Shown piece by piece: positions 57,890 to 64,000 of a stretch of 64,000 nt of DNA (positions are counted from its first letter, which is position 1; every line of letters begins with the position of its first letter). The stretch comes from Eledone cirrhosa (Eukaryota): NCBI GenBank assembly GCA_964016885.1, contig OZ024744.1:109740001-109804000 (forward strand), given 5' to 3'. The notes below the pieces were generated by a model. The model worked only from the letters and a program-made list of their open reading frames with translations. It searched no databases and was not told the origin of the DNA. Position numbers and translations under genes: made by a program.

Positions 57890-59820
57890 AGAAAGGGAAG
57901 AATTTATATAAGATAAAGCGTTAGAGAGCTTTTGCCAAGAAAGAAAATATCTTATATTTTTATTTTAAAATGACCAAATTAATTCAGATAAAGCAGTACT
58001 AAATCTCTTATCCTCTCTCTTAAACGTGACGCAGTGATTATACTATCTGTCCTTAAATTTAGAGGAAGTAGCAGCAATATAATTATAAGACTTATCTTTT
58101 GTTTTAACAATGCATTTGTAAACTAGATTACGGTCAAGACAGTTATTATTTAATGGGCAAGAGTAACTATTTTTACAATTGCAATTACCTCCGCTGTTAT
58201 TTAATGATGCCACTCGGTTTTCATAGTTCGAGTTATTGGGTATAATTGTTGTTAATCGGGGAGTTGATTATGCTATTAGTGATTGGCTGATTATCGTTAG
58301 GGGTTAATTCCATATGAATAGTTCTAAGATTTCTATTATTAAGTTTAGCTATATTTTGGGCAATATTCATAGTATGAGAGTTTAATTGTATGTCTATTAA
58401 AAATTCTATTATATTTATGCGTTTTGGGGAAGCATTTATCAAGAGCATTGAAGAAGAGGTGAGCTAAACTTTTCCTGATTCCAAGCGATAGTGGTGTAGA
58501 ATACCATAAAATAGAACGAGAACGGATTCTTTTACTATGCTTATTGGTTTTATAGGAGTTATATCTATTATATGATTGATTTGGTGTAGTTCTATAGCTT
58601 ATGCCCTGGATATTCTCATAAGATGTATGTGTATAAGTATTTTTATCTATATATTCAATTTTATCAGGGTAACCTGCTCTATTTAATGCATTGTTATAGT
58701 ATTTAGCTGTATTGTCAAACATGTCCTAATTAGCTGAGAGTCTAGAGATTCTTTGCTGAACGCTGTTAACTATAGCCTTTTTAACATGTTAAGGGTGGTT
58801 TGAATGGAAGCTAACATAATTAAGGTTTTCATTTAATTTATGGAATGGGTAGTAAAGGCCAGATTTATGATTTAATGTTATATCTAAGAAATTAACTATT
58901 TCATTATTATTTTCAATTTCAAGTTTAAGGCCGTAATTGTTAAAAAAAAGTCAGTTTTAATGTTTTTTCTATTAATGGCGCTGTTATTATGGTTAGTTAC
59001 CACAAAAAGAGCATCATCACGATATGAACTTCCACCAAGCTCAGGTAATCTTCTGTTAATTAGTAGGTTAAAGATAAAGATTCCAACGAGGTCAGTGACC
59101 TGAGCCAAGTCTGTAGATCCCATAGTAATGTCGACATTTCCAGGTCTATCAGCTCTAGTCCATAGATCTCCGTTAAAGACAATAATAGTTTCTAGCGGTA
59201 AAAATAACACCAATTTCATCGCTCGAAAGATCAGTAAATTTAGTTGCAAAAGATAAGGTCTTATTAAGTAATGCTGGAGAAATGGAATAATAATAATTGG
59301 TTATATCCAATTGAATGAATTTAGTCTTGCCTTTATTCTTCAGTTCTTTAAACCAGTCAACTTCATTTGTACCAGTCCATAATTTTAGTTGAGATCAAAA
59401 CTTTAGAACTGGTATTATTCTGTCCAAGATGTTCTTACTAATAATACCTAAGTCAGTTTTAGCTGGAGCTATAAGTCTGAGAGGTAGTTCAGATTCAAAT
59501 TGTTCTTATGATCCTTCATATTTAGTTTTGGTGTTCTAGGTATGAACAGTTCAGGTATTCGTTCAATCCCAAGGTTAGAAACAATTACGGAAGCTTCCTT
59601 ATTAATGGTTTCAAGGTTTTCATATGTGGTTTTCCGGTAGTTTTTCATAAGTTCCCTTATTATTAATTTGTTATAATCATCTTTATGAAGACCATAAAAA
59701 TGATTGGTTTTATCCGATTTAACAAGGATTCTTTTTGGTTTTACTGAGTTCATCAATTTTGATTCTAAGGTTTATGGGATATTCTTGGCCCCTATATGGG
59801 TTTTTCTAAAATTTAATAAA
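57890..59820 (-). pseudogene. Decayed YRDD-type (Naiad-like) PLE RT + GIY-YIG
   Basis: VKSDKTNHFY, KDHKN, DITMGSTDLAQVTDLVG, YRDDAL, YYNNALNRAGY, IFNRHTIKLSY, NCNCKNSYSCPLNNNCL..LVYKC. Confidence 0.88.
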
Positions 59821-59821
59821 C

Positions 59822-59860
<39 letters not shown>

Positions 59861-59919
59861 AGGACGGTGCCCCAGCATGGCCTCAGCCGGATGGCTGAAC
59901 CAGGTAAAAGAGTAAAAGA

Positions 59920-60024
<105 letters not shown>

Positions 60025-60216
60025 CGTTATTTCGGGTTGAGTCGGAGGTAACCACAGTAAGTAAGGTACTCAATACATAGCAGAGTATAAAAGTTTTAAT
60101 ATAGATGAGATTCTACAGGACTAGAACTGTTTCATTCTTTAGAAATCATCAGGAATCCCTGATGATTTCCTGATGATTTCTAAAGAATGAAACAGTTCTA
60201 GTCCTATAGAATCTCA

Positions 60217-60219
<3 letters not shown>
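60025..60219. mobile_element. F2 mini fold-back: tail + HHR (60109-60157, -) + inverted HHR (~60165-60214, +)
   Basis: Matches 19097-19229; CCTGATGATTT duplicated at the turn. Confidence 0.88.
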
Positions 60220-60249
<30 letters not shown>

Positions 60250-60291
60250 TTATATATATATTCCTCGTACTTTCACTCACTCTCTGCTACT

Positions 60292-60323
<32 letters not shown>

Positions 60324-60706
60324 ACTTCCTCCATCGTCCAACACTGTACGCGGTCTTTCTTCTCGCTCACACCCGCACGGTCAAGACGTTGTCTTTTTCT
60401 CCTCGTCAAAATACGCCCGTTCTTATGTTCGAAATGAATTATTGACTTGATTTTTTCCTTTTTTCCTCTCTATACGTTGCCTCACCCATCATGTCCGTTT
60501 ACATGTCACTCTCTTTCTCCACCCACTTCTTTTTATCCCAATAACTTACTTTAGTTATTGTTTCGCCCTAGGCTGAGTAATCTTGTCTGTAACGCGAAGA
60601 AATGCCTATGACGCCTAGTAGACAACTGATGATGGATAATTCTAACTTCTAATTTCCAATTTTTCATTATACTTAATTGCAACAACACAGTTCGCCATTT
60701 TGATTC

Positions 60707-60750
<44 letters not shown>

Positions 60751-60753
<3 letters not shown>

Positions 60754-61093
60754 AAAGTTTTATTTAAAGTTGTTGGGATACAACAAGTAAATATTTTTAT
60801 AACTGATATAAAGCACTCGACAAGTATTTGGAGTAGATATACGATATTAATAAATGGAAACTATATTTATAAAACCATATTTATTTCATTATACATATTT
60901 CAGGGATACCAAATTAAATTATGGTATGCCTTCATCAGACAAAATACAATATATAACAGTTTGTATATTTGTAAAACTGTTATATATTGTATTCTGTCTG
61001 ATGAAGGCATACCATAATTTAATTTGGTATCCCTGAAATATGTATAATGAAATAAATATGGTTTTATAAATATAGTTTCCATTTATTAATATC

Positions 61094-61095
<2 letters not shown>
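60751..61095. mobile_element. F1 fold-back with HHRs at 60882-60946 (-) and 60990-61054 (+)
   Basis: ~125-bp arms, ~90-bp tail, (TA)n flanks. Confidence 0.88.
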
Positions 61096-61145
<50 letters not shown>

Positions 61146-61519
61146 TAAATTCAAAGGGTATATATATATATATATATATAATTAGACAGAGTCACAAATA
61201 CATATATGAGTTTGGCAACCATCCACGGTGTGGCTCAATGAAGAATTAATTAAATCATTATTAATCAGAGCTATATATATAAATGTAAGTCCAAAGAATC
61301 ATTAGATAAAATATATACAGTATTTCCTCTCCCAATCAGTATAAATTAATCACATAAAAAATCATTTAAATGAGGCTATAAGTTTAAAATGTACTTATGA
61401 AGAAATAATAGACAAATGATACAGATTATTTTCCGCGATGTACAGCCATATGACACTTATCTAATTATTTCTTCTAGCCTGTAGAAATTGACTACACAAA
61501 TAGTTAACTACACGGAATT

Positions 61520-62562
61520 ATATGTACACGCACACACATAAATATATATATATTTTTTTATGTGTATTTGGTGTATACGTTTATATGTGTGCGGGTACTT
61601 GTGTCGCGCGGGTTTATGTATGTGTGCGCGTGTTTATGTGTACGTGCATGTATTTGCATGCACGAAGGGTGTTTCCGCGTATGCACGTGTATGTACGTAT
61701 ATAGATGCGTGTAGGTATATATTTAATTATTATTGATTTTGATAACCTCTGTCATTTTCGTTCTACTAATTTATTTACATTATTCTTAACTCTGAACCCG
61801 AGAATCATTCGGTTTCCCAAATAGAACATTAGTCTACGACTTCATTTATACCATAAACGTGGTTTTGTCTTTGCGTGTATTTATTCTCATCGCTCCACAT
61901 AACGACATCTCAGGAAGAAACCAGACTACAGCTATGGACTAGAAAGTTAGAGAATAACTCCCCTCCTATTGACATGGGAATCCGCCCCCCCCCCCTTCTG
62001 AAGCCCTCCCTCCTGGCTCAGAAGCACCATGGGTCCAGTGGAAGACACTCAACCCCCTGAGAACAGGAATGGGGAGATCAAAAGCTGCTATGGCCAGATG
62101 GGGCTACAAGACCGACCCAACCATCTGTGAATGTGGAGAGGAGGACCATACGATGCAGCACTGCCTTGTTTGCCCTCTACTACCCAACCAGTGCAGCTTA
62201 AAAGATCTTGCAGAATTTAATAATGTGTAAAGAAATGGGAAACTCTCATATAACCAGATGCTTCGAAGATACGAAAAGAAGAAGAATCTTCACTATTTTC
62301 CGTTCATTGCCAGGGAACGTCTTCACAAACCAAAGTATCGTCTGACTGCTTTCCTTCGGTTGCAACGTTTTGCGAAATATTTATTTCTGCGTTCACAGAT
62401 TGACTTTTTTTAGTTTCAGAAGATCCCGTTAAGGGTGAAAGCAGCGATTCTTTGCTTAAACTTTAAACTGTTATTTTATTTTAATAAATATTTGGTTGCG
62501 GGTTCTTATATATTTGATATATCCTTATCGAGCCCTCTTTGGATTTTAGTCTTCACATTTAT
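61520..62562 (+). mobile_element. PLE 3' UTR copy (family of 28090-28760) with a nested LINE
   Basis: Alignable by eye on both sides of 61910-62287. Confidence 0.75.
61910..62287 (+). mobile_element. Vingi/Ingi-like LINE 3' fragment
   Basis: RWGYKTDPTICECGEEDHTMQHCLVCP zinc finger and a (GAA)n tail. Confidence 0.65.
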
Positions 62563-62935
62563 TATATATATATATATATATAGTATTAAGGATACTATTT
62601 ATGGTTATGTATATACTAAAACTTTTTATAGTTATATATATTTTAAACCCTAAACAGTGAAAGACAGTAATATATTACTACCTTATTACCAGTAAGATAA
62701 ATAGCTCAATGTAATAACATCAGTTGTTCTACAGAGCAGTTATATAGAATTCACATGAATCAAAGTTCTGTTCAAACCATTTATTAGCTTACAATTGTTT
62801 CATCCAAACCGAGGTTTGGAATCTTCGGAACATTTTTCAATGTTTGTTTACATACATGACCTCCTTTCCAACACAAGAGACATACAGATACATATGTATA
62901 TATTGATGCACAGTGGGGTGACATCCATTATATTA

Positions 62936-63178
62936 TTTCTAAGGATAAAAACATCCCGTATCTATCGATTGGTCTATTTTAGACCATTCGAGGGAGTACC
63001 AAAGGGGCACAAAGAATTGTTCTTTGTGTACCACTGAAAAATTTTGCATTTTACAAAACTTGAAAGCCACTTCAACTTGCCTGAACTCCAAGCCTGAGAT
63101 CTTCAGATGTTGTCCTCACCTGAAATCACATCCGATCTGTAACTGGATTGACATTCCTACGATAACTCAACCACCTTG
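62936..63178 (+). pseudogene. PLE GIY-YIG C-terminus, same family as 34346
   Basis: DHSREYQRGTKNCSLCTTEK..LNSKPEIFRCCPHLKSH..QPP*. Confidence 0.88.
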
Positions 63179-63530
63179 AACTCCTTCTCTGCTCTCTACG
63201 CCTTACATCCACTACGATTTTTTTACATTCTGAATTCACTTTCTGTACTCTTATATTCTTTTTCTCCCTTATCTCCCCTTATATTTAAACCTTTTCCTAT
63301 GTCATTTATTCCCCCTTTTCTCCCCTCCTTTCTACCTTACCCTTCACATACCCACCTTTTTTATTTTTATATATTTATTTCTGTGTGTGCGCGTGTGTGT
63401 GTTGCGCATATGTGTATATATGTATGTATATATATATATGTATGGATATGTATGTGTGTATGTATGTTTATATATCAGTATGTATATGTATGTGTGTATA
63501 TAATTGTATTTTATATGCTTCTGTTGTATT

Positions 63531-63589
<59 letters not shown>

Positions 63590-64000
63590 AAAATTAAGAT
63601 AAATTAAATGAATTTAATCTAAATCAAAATTATGGGTGTCATGCCAGAGAGACATGCGTCATATCACCCGGAAAATAAGCTCTAAGATTCTAACGAGTAG
63701 GTCCGAGCATTTTATAATAACTAGAAATTGATTAACATATAAATAAACATGAATAATCACAGGAGATAATTTTTACAAGTGGGTAACCACACATAGCTAG
63801 GTAGGTAACTAAATAAAGTTGACCAGAACTTCAAAAATAGATACCTTATAATATGATTAATCTTCCCTGTATATATTCCATTAAAGAAATATATTTCACC
63901 AATTAATCGGATGGTAAACCACGGAAGTGGAGACTTGGATTTTCAACAAGGAAGAGGTTCCAGCGATCCGTGTTTACACTTCATATATATATATATATAT

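Overview
Eukaryotic, AT-rich, repeat-saturated DNA that looks like a coleoid cephalopod (Octopus-type SINEs, huge (TA)n/(CA)n tracts; the taxon is an inference). It is probably intron of a + strand host gene, of which I can support one 103-bp exon (40547-40649, SAE1-like). Nearly everything else is mobile DNA: Penelope-like elements (PLEs; one intact RT+GIY-YIG frame and several decayed copies, some of the YRDD/Naiad type), Helitrons, a piggyBac derivative, RTE/CRE/Vingi LINE fragments, tRNA-SINEs and four satellites (37, 30, ~82 and 60 bp). The signal the ORF track misses is RNA-level. By hand I can fold about 25 type-I hammerhead ribozyme (HHR) motifs from about 10 families with different stems. 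They sit in small non-coding elements inserted into (TA)n, arranged as direct or permuted repeats (429, 467, 472, 538 nt units) or fold-back hairpins whose ends coincide with internal TA microhomologies. This fits a PLE-driven, microsatellite-targeted retrozyme/circular-RNA system. Second, the 60-bp satellite is an amplified piece of an RTE LINE endonuclease gene inside an apparent LINE-HHR chimera. Most ORFs in the track are microsatellite artefacts. Structures were folded by eye and boundaries are approximate to a few bases.
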